A program made the position numbers and the translations under genes. Positions 36,440 to 45,904 of a stretch of DNA of 64,000 nt are shown here, piece after piece. The notes below the pieces were generated by a model that worked only from the letters and a program-made list of their open reading frames with translations, was not told the DNA's origin and did not search any database. This DNA comes from Betaproteobacteria bacterium Ga0077523 (GTDB taxonomy: Bacteria > Pseudomonadota > Gammaproteobacteria > Burkholderiales > Ga0077523), in assembly GCA_001464695.1 (NCBI GenBank), contig LNDQ01000116.1, forward strand, positions 6,884 to 70,883, in the 5' to 3' direction. How positions within the stretch are numbered: position 1 is the first letter of the stretch; every line of letters begins with the position of its first letter.

Positions 36440-37720
36440 TCAGGCGCCGGCAGCCGACCGTTCGACGTTGCGGTCTGCGGGTGCCTTGGCGCCGAGATAC
36501 TCGGCGAGGTGCGCGGTGATATCGCGCGCATCGTCGCCCGCCCCGTCGATCAGGCTCGACTTGCGCCGCCGCAGGAACGGCAGGCCCATCACGTACAGCC
36601 CCGGCGACTCGGTCACGACGCCGCCGTCGTGGCGGATGTTGCCCTTGGCGTCGAGCACGGGAATCTGCAGCCAGGAATAGTCCGGGCGAAAGCCGGTGGC
36701 CCATACGATGGTCTTGATGGACCCGCGGTTGAGGTCGAGCAGCAATGGCGGCGCCGCTTCGATCTGCGTGGGCTCGTACCGGTAAGGTGCCGCAAGCTCC
36801 GTGTTGAGGCCCCGTTCAGTCGCCCACGTGTCGATGGCGTCGAGCAGGCGGTGCATCTTGAGATCGGCCAATGCGCACACGTTCCGCAGCGAACCGGAGA
36901 ACTGCGCCTTGCCTTCGGCGTTGATGCCGGCAAGGCGGCCGACCAGCTTCACACCGATGGCGGTGAGTGCGTTGAGATCGACGTCGCGGCGATCCGGGTA
37001 GCCCGCGAGCTGCAGCGAAGCGACGTTGCGCGCCCGGACGATGTCGTCAATCGCGTCGTAGGGCTCGTCGAGCAGGCCGGTTGCGTCCATCCACCATTGG
37101 ATGTCGCGGCCACGATAGATGCGCGGGACGCGGACGTGCTCCCCGACCGCGAGCGTCACGGCGCGGCCGGAGCGGCGAATCTCGTCGGCGAGCTGCGCAC
37201 CGGTGGCCGATGCGCCCACGACCATGACACCACCCGGGTCGAGTTGTTCGGGATTGCGATACGCGCTTGCGGCCAAGGTGGCGATGCCAGCCGGCACGGC
37301 GTGCGCGACGGCCGGAATCTGCGGCAGGTTGAAGGCACCCGTGGCGATGATCACGGTGTCAGCCTGCCAAAGGCCTCGATCGGTCTCGACTTCGTACCCG
37401 TCGCTGCCGCGGCGGACCGTGACGACGGCCGTGCGGGTCTGCACGGGCGCGGCAATCGCCTTGGCGTAGCCCTCGATGAAGGCGATGGTTTCCGGCATGG
37501 TGCGGAAACCATCGGGGTCGTTGCCCTGGTAGGAATAGCCGGGCAAGCGGCTCTGCCAGTTGGGTGTCAGCAGCCGCAGCGAATCCCAGCGCTCGCGTTT
37601 CCAGGTGTTGGCGACCTCCCCGCGCTCCAGGACCACGTGGTCGATGCAGCGCTGCGATAGCCACCAGCTGGCAGCGAGGCCGGATTGTCCGGCCCCGATG
37701 ACTACCGCAGTCGTGCGCAT
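36440..37720 (-). CDS. FAD/NAD(P)-binding oxidoreductase (flavin monooxygenase / CzcO-like)
   Basis: N-terminal dinucleotide fold AVVIGAGQSGLAASWWL and a second GxGxxG (VMVVGASATGAQLA). 426 aa. Confidence 0.8.
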   Translation of the reverse strand: MRTTAVVIGAGQSGLAASWWLSQRCIDHVVLERGEVANTWKRERWDSLRLLTPNWQSRLPGYSYQGNDPDGFRTMPETIAFIEGYAKAIAAPVQTRTAVVTVRRGSDGYEVETDRGLWQADTVIIATGAFNLPQIPAVAHAVPAGIATLAASAYRNPEQLDPGGVMVVGASATGAQLADEIRRSGRAVTLAVGEHVRVPRIYRGRDIQWWMDATGLLDEPYDAIDDIVRARNVASLQLAGYPDRRDVDLNALTAIGVKLVGRLAGINAEGKAQFSGSLRNVCALADLKMHRLLDAIDTWATERGLNTELAAPYRYEPTQIEAAPPLLLDLNRGSIKTIVWATGFRPDYSWLQIPVLDAKGNIRHDGGVVTESPGLYVMGLPFLRRRKSSLIDGAGDDARDITAHLAEYLGAKAPADRNVERSAAGA

Positions 37721-37752
37721 GCAGCGTCGGGCAGGAGGCGCGAGTCCCAGCG

Positions 37753-38319
37753 TTACTGCACTTCGACCGTGACGTTGGTGGGATTGGTGAAGATGTCGTA
37801 GACGGCGGAGCGCTTCTGCGATTGTGCGACCAGGGCCTTGATGTCATCCGGCGAAGCGTCGGCGTCGATCTTGTAGATCACCTTCACGCCGTCGAACCCG
37901 TTGCGCACATCGCTGTCGGCACCGAGGATGCCGCGGATGTCCATGCCCGCTTCCAGCGTGGCGGTGACCGAGCGCAACTGGATGCCGCGCAGTTGCGCCA
38001 CGGCGGCAACGCCGGCGGTCAGGCAGCTCGCGAGGCCTGCCAGCACCAGCTCGACCGGGGTCGCGCCCTTGTCTTCGGAGGCGAAGACTTCGGGATGATC
38101 GGCCTCGAAGGTGAACGTGCTCTTGTGCTTCTGCTCCGCGCCCAGGCCGTAGAAGCCGTTGACGGTGGACTTGCTGTGGGTCCCGTTGACCCAGTTGACC
38201 GAGGCGCGCCACTTGAACTGGGCCGCTTCCGGTGCCTTGGTCAGCGCTTCACGCGCGCCCAGCAGGGCGTCGACGTTCACGCCGTTGTTGACGGGTTTCT
38301 CGATCGTGGCGGTGGTCAT
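37753..38319 (-). CDS. OsmC family protein
   Basis: 188 aa with the conserved Cys context LAGLASCLTAGVA. A 32-bp gap to the downstream flavoprotein gene suggests an operon. Confidence 0.75.
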   Translation of the reverse strand: MTTATIEKPVNNGVNVDALLGAREALTKAPEAAQFKWRASVNWVNGTHSKSTVNGFYGLGAEQKHKSTFTFEADHPEVFASEDKGATPVELVLAGLASCLTAGVAAVAQLRGIQLRSVTATLEAGMDIRGILGADSDVRNGFDGVKVIYKIDADASPDDIKALVAQSQKRSAVYDIFTNPTNVTVEVQ

Positions 38320-38366
38320 GGCGGGCTCCTTTAGACGTTGGAAGTGGAACGGCGAAGGGTATCAGG

Positions 38367-38382
38367 CATATTCCGGAATATG
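38367..38382. promoter_or_regulatory. Perfect 16-bp palindrome upstream of osmC (candidate operator)
   Basis: CATATTCCGGAATATG lies about 50 bp upstream of the osmC start, in a locally AT-richer segment. Confidence 0.35.
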
Positions 38383-38457
38383 TCCGTGCAGGCTTATGAC
38401 TTGTACGACTTTGCATATACGTATTGGATGGAAGGAGGGTGGTCCGGCGGCCTGGCG

Positions 38458-39399
38458 CTATGCCGCGACCTCGGAAGTGCCGCCGGCCACAGCGGTTTCC
38501 ACCACCTTGCGGGTGAGCTGCGGGGTGAACATCTCGATGAAATCGTAGACGTAGCCGCGCAGGTAGCTGTGGCGGCGAATGCCGATGCGCGTGGTGTTGG
38601 GCTCGAACAGGTGGCTCGCGTCGAGCGCCCGCAGACCCCGGTCGCGCTTCGGGTCGTAAGCCATGTGGGCGATGATCCCCACTCCCAGGCCCAGTTCGAC
38701 GTAGGTCTTGATGACGTCCGCATCGATCGCGGTCAGCACGATGTCGGGGGTGAGGCCGCGCGCCTCGAACGCGTGGTTCATGGTCGAGCGTCCGGTGAAG
38801 GCGAAGTCGTAGGTGATGATGGGGTAGGTTGCCAGGGCCTCGAGCGTGAGCTTCTTCATCTTGGCAAGGTCGTGATCGGGCGGCACCACGACGCAACGGT
38901 TCCATTCGTAGCAGGGGAGCATGGTGAGCTGGGGATAGAGGTCCAGCGCCTCCGTGGCAATGGCGAGGTCGGCCTGCCCGCCGATCACCTGCTCGGCGAT
39001 CTGCGTCGGGCTACCCTGGTGCAGGGAGAGACGGACCTGCGGATAGGCTTTCATGAAGCGCCGGACCACCGGCGGCAGGGCGTAGCGCGCCTGCGTGTGG
39101 GTGGTGGCGATGGTGAACGAGCCGGTGGTTTCGTGATGGAACTCGGCCGTCACTTCCTTGAGATTGCGCGCTTCGAGCAGGATGCGCTGCGAGATCTCGA
39201 TGATCTGCTTGCCGGGCTCGGTGACGCCCACGAAACGCTTGCCCGACCGGACGAAGATCTTCACGCCCAGTTCGTCCTCGAGCTGGAGGATCTGCTTGCT
39301 CACCCCGGGCTGCGAGGTGAACAGGACCTGCGCGGCCTTGGAGAGGTTGAGATCGTTGCGGGCGACCTCGCACACGTAGCGTAGTTGCTGGAGTTTCAA
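38458..39399 (-). CDS. cysB: LysR-family regulator of the cysteine regulon, CysB
   Basis: MKLQQLRYVCEVARNDLNLSKAAQVLFTSQPGVSKQILQLEDELGVKIF..IATTHTQARYALP closely parallels E. coli CysB/Cbl. Confidence 0.9.
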   Translation of the reverse strand: MKLQQLRYVCEVARNDLNLSKAAQVLFTSQPGVSKQILQLEDELGVKIFVRSGKRFVGVTEPGKQIIEISQRILLEARNLKEVTAEFHHETTGSFTIATTHTQARYALPPVVRRFMKAYPQVRLSLHQGSPTQIAEQVIGGQADLAIATEALDLYPQLTMLPCYEWNRCVVVPPDHDLAKMKKLTLEALATYPIITYDFAFTGRSTMNHAFEARGLTPDIVLTAIDADVIKTYVELGLGVGIIAHMAYDPKRDRGLRALDASHLFEPNTTRIGIRRHSYLRGYVYDFIEMFTPQLTRKVVETAVAGGTSEVAA

Positions 39400-39545
39400 A
39401 CCAGACCCCTTATATTCGATAAATGAATGTACTCATAACCATAAATTCGTGGATGGCATATAAAGCATACACGTACCGTTGGCCCCGCAACAGGTGATCG
39501 GTCGCCTGTTCGAGGTGACGAAGCGGTCCGGCGAACGTCCGGGCC

Positions 39546-39581
39546 CGATGCGGTCCGGATGGGGGCATCCGGACCGCATCG
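39546..39581. other. Strong stem-loop in the cysB / peroxiredoxin intergenic region
   Basis: cgatgcggtccggat-gggggc-atccggaccgcatcg, a 15-bp perfect stem. Function unknown. Confidence 0.5.
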
Positions 39582-39728
39582 TCTTGCCGAACGCTCGTGC
39601 ACCACGCCGTCGGGTCATGCCCGACCTGCTGCCGGGGTCGTTGGCGGGGGTGACCATGGATTCCGGTCGGCCGCGATTCGGCGCAGAATGCTGCCCCCGT
39701 CAACGCAACCGTACGTGAGGGAAACATC

Positions 39729-40367
39729 ATGACGTTACGCATAGGAGATATCGCCCCCGATTTCGAGCAGGACTCGAGCGCCGGGCGCATCAAGTTCCAC
39801 GAATGGCTCGGCAACAGCTGGGCGGTTCTGTTTTCCCACCCGGCCGATTTCACGCCCGTGTGCACCACCGAGCTGGGTTACACGGCGAAGCTGAAGGGCG
39901 AGTTCGAGAAGCGCGGCGTCAAGGTGATCGCGCTGTCGGTCGACACGGTCGAATCGCACAAGGGCTGGATCCCGGACATCAACGAGACGCAGGGCACCAC
40001 GGTCAATTTCCCGATCCTGGCGGACGGCAACCGCACCGTGTCCACGCTGTACGACATGATCCACCCCAACGCGAGCCTGTCGGCAACGGTGCGCTCGGTG
40101 TTCATCATCGACCCGAACAAGAAGGTGCGCGCCACCATCACCTACCCGGCGAGCACCGGCCGTAATTTCGACGAGATCCTGCGCGTCATCGATTCACTGC
40201 AGCTCACCGACTCCAACAGCGTGGCCACCCCGGTCAACTGGAAGAAGGGCGAGGACGTCATCATCGTCCCGTCACTCACCGATCCCGAGGTGCTGAAGCA
40301 GAAGTTCCCGCAGGGCTTCCGGGTGGTAAAGCCGTATCTGCGCTACACGACGCTGCCGCCGAAGTAA
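39729..40367 (+). CDS. 1-Cys peroxiredoxin (Prx6-type)
   Basis: MTLRIGDIAPDFEQDS..WAVLFSHPADFTPVCTTELG. 212 aa. Confidence 0.9.
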   Translation: MTLRIGDIAPDFEQDSSAGRIKFHEWLGNSWAVLFSHPADFTPVCTTELGYTAKLKGEFEKRGVKVIALSVDTVESHKGWIPDINETQGTTVNFPILADGNRTVSTLYDMIHPNASLSATVRSVFIIDPNKKVRATITYPASTGRNFDEILRVIDSLQLTDSNSVATPVNWKKGEDVIIVPSLTDPEVLKQKFPQGFRVVKPYLRYTTLPPK

Positions 40368-40503
40368 CCCGCTGCGCCCCGGGCGCGGTCACCGGGGTGG
40401 CATGAATCCAGGCGGGCGGAACGCTGGTCTTCCGCCCGCCGCCCGAAGCGGTTACGCTTGGCCTCTTGGCCACAGCCCCCAACCGGCTTTCCCTTCCGCT
40501 CCG

Positions 40504-40926
40504 GTGAGCAAGCTCTACGACGATGTGATCCTCGATCACATCCGCAACGCTCGAAACTACGAGGTCCTCGCCGATGCCGATCGGTCCGGGGAGGCCATCA
40601 ATCCTCTCTGCGGCGACTCGTTCCAGGTGTACGTGAACCTGGAGGGCGAGCGCATCGAGCGCGTGAGTTTCCAGTGCGAATGCTGCGGGATCGCCATGGC
40701 CTCGGCCTCGATCATGACCGACTGGCTCAAGGGCCGTACGCGCCGCGAAGCCCTCGACATCAAGCGGGCCTTCGTCGCGGCCGTCACTGCGCGCTCGGCC
40801 GAAGCGCTTACTGGCGCCCCCGCCGATCACACGGCCATCCTCCAGGTGGTCCAGGCGTCGCCGGCTCGGGATGGGTGCGCGATGCTCGCATGGGCCGCCG
40901 TCGAGCAGGCCTTGGCCGCCAGCTGA
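40504..40926 (+). CDS. IscU/SufU-type (NifU N-terminal-like) Fe-S scaffold protein
   Basis: LYDDVILDHIRNARN, NPLCGD and ECCGIAMASASIM motifs. GTG 40504 is the proposed start; the ORF opens at 40402. Confidence 0.75.
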   Translation: MSKLYDDVILDHIRNARNYEVLADADRSGEAINPLCGDSFQVYVNLEGERIERVSFQCECCGIAMASASIMTDWLKGRTRREALDIKRAFVAAVTARSAEALTGAPADHTAILQVVQASPARDGCAMLAWAAVEQALAAS

Positions 40927-40933
40927 GATGACG

Positions 40934-41004
40934 TCCCCCCGATGGGCCTGCGGCCCTTCCCCCCAAGGGGGGCCAGCCCTCTTGGGGCGGCCCGGCGAGG
41001 GCTG
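40934..41004. repeat. Family C element, single copy
   Basis: Near-identical to 25238-25309 (tccccccgatgggcctgcggcccttccccccaaggggggccagccctcttggggcggcccggcgagggctg). Confidence 0.85.
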
Positions 41005-41018
41005 ATTCCGCACCCATC

Positions 41019-41594
41019 GTGCCCGTCCTCATCGCCCACCCCACCACGCCGTCGGCGCATGTGCACTCCGTCACGGCGCACGTGCAGTTCGATCGTGCAG
41101 CGGGCCTGTCCTTGCGCTTCATCCTCACGGGCGAACTCGACGAGTTGAGCATCCCGTCTGCCGGTGCCGTGGCGCGGTCCGACCGCCTGTGGGAGCACAC
41201 GTGCTTCGAGGCGTTCGTGGGTGTGGAGGGTGGCACGCGCTATCTGGAGTTCAATCTGGCGCCGTCGCGACAGTGGGCCGGTTACGGGTTCTCGGGCTAC
41301 CGGCAGCGGGACGAATCGTGGACGGCACCGACACCGCGCATCGAGGTCGTTCGCACGGTCGCAACCCTCGAGGTGAACGCGCAGATTCCCCTCGAAGCCT
41401 TGCGACCACTATGCCCTTCGCGCACGCTCCGTCTCGGGCTGACAGCCGTGATCGAAGCGCGAGACAGATCCCTGTCGTACTGGGCGCTCGCCCATCCGCC
41501 GCGGCAGCCCGATTTCCATCATGCCGACGGCTTCGTGCTCGGGCTCGATGTCGTGGCCGCCACCGCATCGCAACCGGTGGCGGACCTGCCGTGA
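41019..41594 (+). CDS. Hypothetical protein (possibly DOMON/CBM9-like beta-sandwich)
   Basis: 191-aa ORF whose stop overlaps the GTG of the next gene (GTGA). The family guess rests only on ..LWEHTCFEAFVG..YLEFNLAPSRQWAGYGF.. and is weak. Confidence 0.5.
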   Translation: MPVLIAHPTTPSAHVHSVTAHVQFDRAAGLSLRFILTGELDELSIPSAGAVARSDRLWEHTCFEAFVGVEGGTRYLEFNLAPSRQWAGYGFSGYRQRDESWTAPTPRIEVVRTVATLEVNAQIPLEALRPLCPSRTLRLGLTAVIEARDRSLSYWALAHPPRQPDFHHADGFVLGLDVVAATASQPVADLP

Positions 41595-42796
41595 AATTCG
41601 GCCTCGATCGTCTCGTCGCCGAGCCGGCACTGCGCGCACCCCTGCGCGGCAAGCGCGTCGCTTTGCTGGCCCATCCCGCGTCGGTCACCGAGGATCTGAC
41701 GCACGCGCTCGACGCGCTCCATGGCTTGCGCGACGTGCAGCTCGCCGCGGCGTTCGGTCCGCAGCACGGCCTGCGCGGCGACAAGCAGGACAACATGGTC
41801 GAGTCGCCCGACTTCGTCGATCCGGCCCTGGGCATTCCGATTTTCAGCCTGTACGGCGAAGTGCGCCGGCCGACCGAGGCGATGCTTGACACCTTCGACG
41901 TGCTGCTGGTGGATCTCCAGGATCTCGGCTGCCGCATCTACACCTTCATCACGACGCTGCGATACGTGCTCGAAGCGGCGGCGCGGCGCGGACAATCGGT
42001 GTGGGTGCTCGATCGGCCGAATCCCGCGGGGCGGCCCGTCGAGGGATTGAAACTGCGCGCTGGCTGGGAAAGCTTCGTCGGCGCGGGACCGCTGCCGATG
42101 CGCCATGGGTTGACGCTGGGCGAACTGGGTCACTGGTTCATCCGCGAACTCGCCCTCGACGTGGACTACCGCGTCATTGCGATGGACGGCTGGCAACCGC
42201 ACTCGGCCCCCGGATTCGGCTGGCCGGTCGATCAGCGCACCTGGATCAATCCCAGCCCGAATGCGCCGAACCTCTGGATGGCGCGTTGCTACGCCGGCAC
42301 CGTGATGCTGGAAGGCACGACATTGTCCGAAGGGCGAGGCACCACGCGACCGCTGGAGCTCTTCGGTGCACCGGATCTTGATGCCAAGGCATTGGCTGCG
42401 AAGATGCAGGCGCTGGCGCCCGCGTGGTTGCGCGGCTGCCGGTTGCGCGAATGCTGGTTCGAGCCGACGTTCCACAAGCACACGGGCAAGCTGTGCGCCG
42501 GACTGCAGATTCACGTGGAGGACCGCTCGTACGATCACGCTGCGTTCCGGCCGTGGCGCCTGCAGGCACTTGCGTTCAAGGCGCTCAGGCTGTTGCGACC
42601 GGACTATCCCTTGTGGCGCGATTTCCCGTACGAGTACGAGCGCGATCGTCTCGCGATCGATCTCATCAACGGCTCGCCGCTGCTGCGTGAATGGGTGGAC
42701 GACCCGACGGCCGTACCCGGTGATCTGGACTCGGTCGCGGCGTTGGACGAAGCGGCCTGGTGCGAGGAGCGCGAGGCACTGCTGGTCTATCGGTGA
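41591..42796 (+). CDS. DUF1343 family protein (NamZ-like exo-beta-N-acetylmuramidase)
   Basis: VKFGLDRLV..LRGKRVALLAHPASV..FGPQHGLRGD..IPIFSLYGE..DVLLVDLQDLGCRIYTFITTL, typical of DUF1343. Confidence 0.8.
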   Translation: MKFGLDRLVAEPALRAPLRGKRVALLAHPASVTEDLTHALDALHGLRDVQLAAAFGPQHGLRGDKQDNMVESPDFVDPALGIPIFSLYGEVRRPTEAMLDTFDVLLVDLQDLGCRIYTFITTLRYVLEAAARRGQSVWVLDRPNPAGRPVEGLKLRAGWESFVGAGPLPMRHGLTLGELGHWFIRELALDVDYRVIAMDGWQPHSAPGFGWPVDQRTWINPSPNAPNLWMARCYAGTVMLEGTTLSEGRGTTRPLELFGAPDLDAKALAAKMQALAPAWLRGCRLRECWFEPTFHKHTGKLCAGLQIHVEDRSYDHAAFRPWRLQALAFKALRLLRPDYPLWRDFPYEYERDRLAIDLINGSPLLREWVDDPTAVPGDLDSVAALDEAAWCEEREALLVYR

Positions 42797-42865
42797 GGGT
42801 CGCCGGCCGCAGGGTGACGCTGTAACGGCCCCGGCTGTCCGGTGTGGCTTGAAGAACTGCGCACT

Positions 42866-42906
42866 GGAATAAGGAAATAGGAAACCATTCGTTCCGGTGA
42901 TTAAGG
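42866..42906 (+). promoter_or_regulatory. AT-rich candidate promoter / CysB-binding region upstream of the sulfate uptake operon
   Basis: ggaataaggaaataggaaaccattcgttccggtgattaagg is a sharp local GC dip just upstream of yezD. No consensus was verified. Confidence 0.3.
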
Positions 42907-42978
42907 GCGGTGGGTAGTGTTCGGCCCTCGCATGCATGCGGCGCCACCGGCAGCCGGTGCTGCCCTACGAGCCCACCC

Positions 42979-43182
42979 ATGTCATCGCCTTCGCCATCCC
43001 TGGTTTCCACACCGATCGATTCGGGCGCCCTGCCGCCCGCAGTCATCCAGGAAATCACCCGCCAGCTGCGCGGCCTGCGCTTCGGTTCGGTCGAGATCGT
43101 CGTCCACGAAGGCGCCGTCACGCAGATCGAACGCCGGGAAAAAGTGCGCCTGGCCCCATCCTCGCCCCCCCAACGCGGGTGA
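42979..43182 (+). CDS. YezD family small protein (DUF2292)
   Basis: ..IQEITRQLRGLRFGSVEIVVHEGAVTQIERREKVRL matches the YezD signature as I recall it. Start uncertain. Confidence 0.6.
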   Translation: MSSPSPSLVSTPIDSGALPPAVIQEITRQLRGLRFGSVEIVVHEGAVTQIERREKVRLAPSSPPQRG

Positions 43183-43308
43183 GCGCCGGGCCCGGAGCGG
43201 CCCGACTCCTTAACACCATGTCCGACCAGAACGCTGGAGGCGCAATCATCCTGAATCGCAGAAGCGAGCCGACCGAACCGCCGGAGGGTCTCTTCGTCTC
43301 CCACGGAG

Positions 43309-44853
43309 ATGGAACCCATGACCAGGTTTGGACGATGGACCCTGCCGGCTCTCGCCGCGGGCGTCCTGTCGGTGGCTCACACCGCAATGGCGCAGACGGA
43401 GGCTGGCGATGACGCCTGGCGCCGCCGCTTCGAGGAACTGGATCGCAAGGTGAAGGTGCTCGAAGAGAAACTGGAACGGGCCGAGCGACGCGCGGCGGGT
43501 GCGGAGCCGGCGGAGCCGGTTGCAGTGCCTGCGCCGGCAGCGGCCGCCCCCGATCCCTCGCTGCAGCAGCGCGTCGATGAACTCGAGCAACAGGCGCGCA
43601 TCACCGCACGCAAGGTCGAGATCGACCAGGAGGCCGCTGCGCAGCGCGCCAAGGATGGCCCGCAGGCCATCGCGGGCCGGGACGGCTTCGGGCTGCGTAC
43701 TGCGGACAACCAGTTCGTCCTGCGCCTGCGCGGTCTGATCCAGGTGGACGCGCGAGCCTACGACAGCGAGGTGCCCGGCACAGCGCCCGACACCTTCACG
43801 CTGCGGCGCATTCGCCCGACCCTCGAGGGCACGCTGTTCGGCAAGTATGGCTACCGCTTCACGCCGGACTTCGGCCAGGGCACGACCCAGATCTTCGATG
43901 CCTACGGTGACGCCAACTTCCACCCCGCGTTCAAGCTGCGAGTCGGCAAGTTCAAGCCGCCGGTGGGCCTGGAACGGCTGCAATCGGCCACCGCGCTCGG
44001 TTTCGTCGAGCGCAGTTTCCCGACCAACCTGGTGCCCACGCGCGACATCGGCGTGCAGGTCGCCGGCGAGTTCTTCGATACCCGCCTCGGTTACGAAGTC
44101 GGTGCCTTCAACGGCGTCGTCGATGGTGGCCAGGGCGCAGGCGGATCGGGCGACCGCGACTCCAACAACGGCAAGGACGTGGCGGTGCGCCTGTTCGCTC
44201 ATCCGTTCCGCAACACCGACTTCTATGCGCTGAGCGGCCTCGGGATCGGCGTCGCCGCGACATGGGGCAACCAGAACGGGTCCGCCACCACGTCGGTACT
44301 GCCGACCTACCTCACGCCGGGCCAGCAGACTTTCTTCTCGTACAACGCCGGCGCCCATGCGGACGGCGAACGTACCCGTCTCGCGCCGCAGTTCTACTGG
44401 TACTGGCAGCAGTTGGGCGTGCTCGGCGAATACAACGTGAACAGCCAGCAGGTCCGCCGCGCCGGCAATTTGCAGGACGTCGAGACGGCGGCCTGGCAAC
44501 TCGCACTCTCCTGGGTGGTCACGGGTGAGGATGCATCCTTCCGAGGCGTGACCCCGCGCACCAATCTCGACACCGCCAACGGGTCCTGGGGTGCATTCGA
44601 GGTCGTGGGCCGCGTCGGCGGCCAGACGGTCGACGATGCCGCCTTCACGGGCTCGGCCGCCACGGCGCTCGCCAGCCTGACCACGTCATCGCGCAAGGCC
44701 CAGGGCTACGGTCTGGGCCTCAATTGGTACTGGAACCGCTACGTCAAGGTGCAGTTCTCCTACGACCAGACGAGCTTCGAGCGCGGTGCCGCGAACGGCG
44801 CCGACCGCCCGGACGAACGCGTGTTCTTCACCCGCTATCAGGTCGCGTTCTGA
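43309..44853 (+). CDS. OprO/OprP-family (phosphate-selective-type) anion porin
   Basis: Signal peptide, a coiled-coil N-terminal segment (RRRFEELDRKVKVLEEKLERAERRA), then beta-barrel repeats ending ..FFTRYQVAF. An alternative start is ATG 43318. Confidence 0.75.
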   Translation: MEPMTRFGRWTLPALAAGVLSVAHTAMAQTEAGDDAWRRRFEELDRKVKVLEEKLERAERRAAGAEPAEPVAVPAPAAAAPDPSLQQRVDELEQQARITARKVEIDQEAAAQRAKDGPQAIAGRDGFGLRTADNQFVLRLRGLIQVDARAYDSEVPGTAPDTFTLRRIRPTLEGTLFGKYGYRFTPDFGQGTTQIFDAYGDANFHPAFKLRVGKFKPPVGLERLQSATALGFVERSFPTNLVPTRDIGVQVAGEFFDTRLGYEVGAFNGVVDGGQGAGGSGDRDSNNGKDVAVRLFAHPFRNTDFYALSGLGIGVAATWGNQNGSATTSVLPTYLTPGQQTFFSYNAGAHADGERTRLAPQFYWYWQQLGVLGEYNVNSQQVRRAGNLQDVETAAWQLALSWVVTGEDASFRGVTPRTNLDTANGSWGAFEVVGRVGGQTVDDAAFTGSAATALASLTTSSRKAQGYGLGLNWYWNRYVKVQFSYDQTSFERGAANGADRPDERVFFTRYQVAF

Positions 44854-44886
44854 CGAACGCGTCCCAACGATTCTTGGAGCCCTTCG

Positions 44887-45891
44887 ATGTTTCGCCTCGC
44901 TCACACACTGATATTCGCCGTCGTACTGCTCGCCGGCACCGCGGTCGCCACGGCCGCCGAAGTGACGCTGCTCAACGTTTCCTATGACCCGACCCGCGAG
45001 CTGTACCAGGAACTCAATGCGGGCTTTGCCAGGCAATGGGAGGCCAAGTCGAAGGACAAGGTCACCATCAAGCAGTCCCACGGCGGTTCCGGTCGTCAGG
45101 CGCGGTCGGTCATCGATGGTCTCGATGCCGACGTGGTGACGCTGGCACTCGCCTACGACATCGACGAGATCGCCACGCGGGGCAAGCTGCTGCCGCCCAA
45201 TTGGCAGAAGCGTTTGCCCAACAACAGCTCACCGTACACCTCCACCATCGTGTTCCTGGTGCGCAAGGGCAATCCCAAGGGTATCCGCGATTGGGACGAC
45301 CTGGTGAAGCCGGGCGTATCGGTGGTGACGCCCAACCCGAAGACCTCGGGCGGCGCGCGCTGGAACTACCTGGCTGCGTGGGCCTTCGCTGCGAAGAAGT
45401 TCAGCGGCGACGAAGAGAAAGTGAAGGCGTTCGTGGGCAAGCTGTACAAGAACGTCCCGGTGCTCGATACCGGCGCCCGCGGCTCGCTCACCACCTTCAC
45501 CGAACGCGGCATCGGCGACGTGTTCATCTCGTGGGAAAACGAGGCGTTCCTCGCCACCAAGGAGCTCGGTCCGGACAAGTTCGAGATCGTGCTGCCCTCC
45601 CTCAGCATTCTCGCGGAACCGCCGGTGACGGTGGTGGATCGCGTGGCCGACAAGCGCGGCACCCGCAAGGTGGCGCAGGCGTATCTCGAGTATCTCTACA
45701 CGCCTGAAGCGCAGGAGATCATCGGCAAGCACTTCTACCGGCCCATCGACGCCACCGTCGCTGCCAGGTTCGGCAAGCAGTTCCCCAAGTTGAACCTGGT
45801 CACGGTCGACGACACCTTCGGCGGCTGGCAGAAGGCCCAGAAGACGCACTTCGTCGACGGGGCCGTGTTCGACCAGATCTTTACCCGTTGA
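44887..45891 (+). CDS. sbp: Sulfate/thiosulfate ABC transporter substrate-binding protein
   Basis: ..[64 protein letters not shown], typical of Sbp/CysP. Confidence 0.9.
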   Translation: MFRLAHTLIFAVVLLAGTAVATAAEVTLLNVSYDPTRELYQELNAGFARQWEAKSKDKVTIKQSHGGSGRQARSVIDGLDADVVTLALAYDIDEIATRGKLLPPNWQKRLPNNSSPYTSTIVFLVRKGNPKGIRDWDDLVKPGVSVVTPNPKTSGGARWNYLAAWAFAAKKFSGDEEKVKAFVGKLYKNVPVLDTGARGSLTTFTERGIGDVFISWENEAFLATKELGPDKFEIVLPSLSILAEPPVTVVDRVADKRGTRKVAQAYLEYLYTPEAQEIIGKHFYRPIDATVAARFGKQFPKLNLVTVDDTFGGWQKAQKTHFVDGAVFDQIFTR

Positions 45892-45904
45892 CCGCACCCA
45901 CGCC

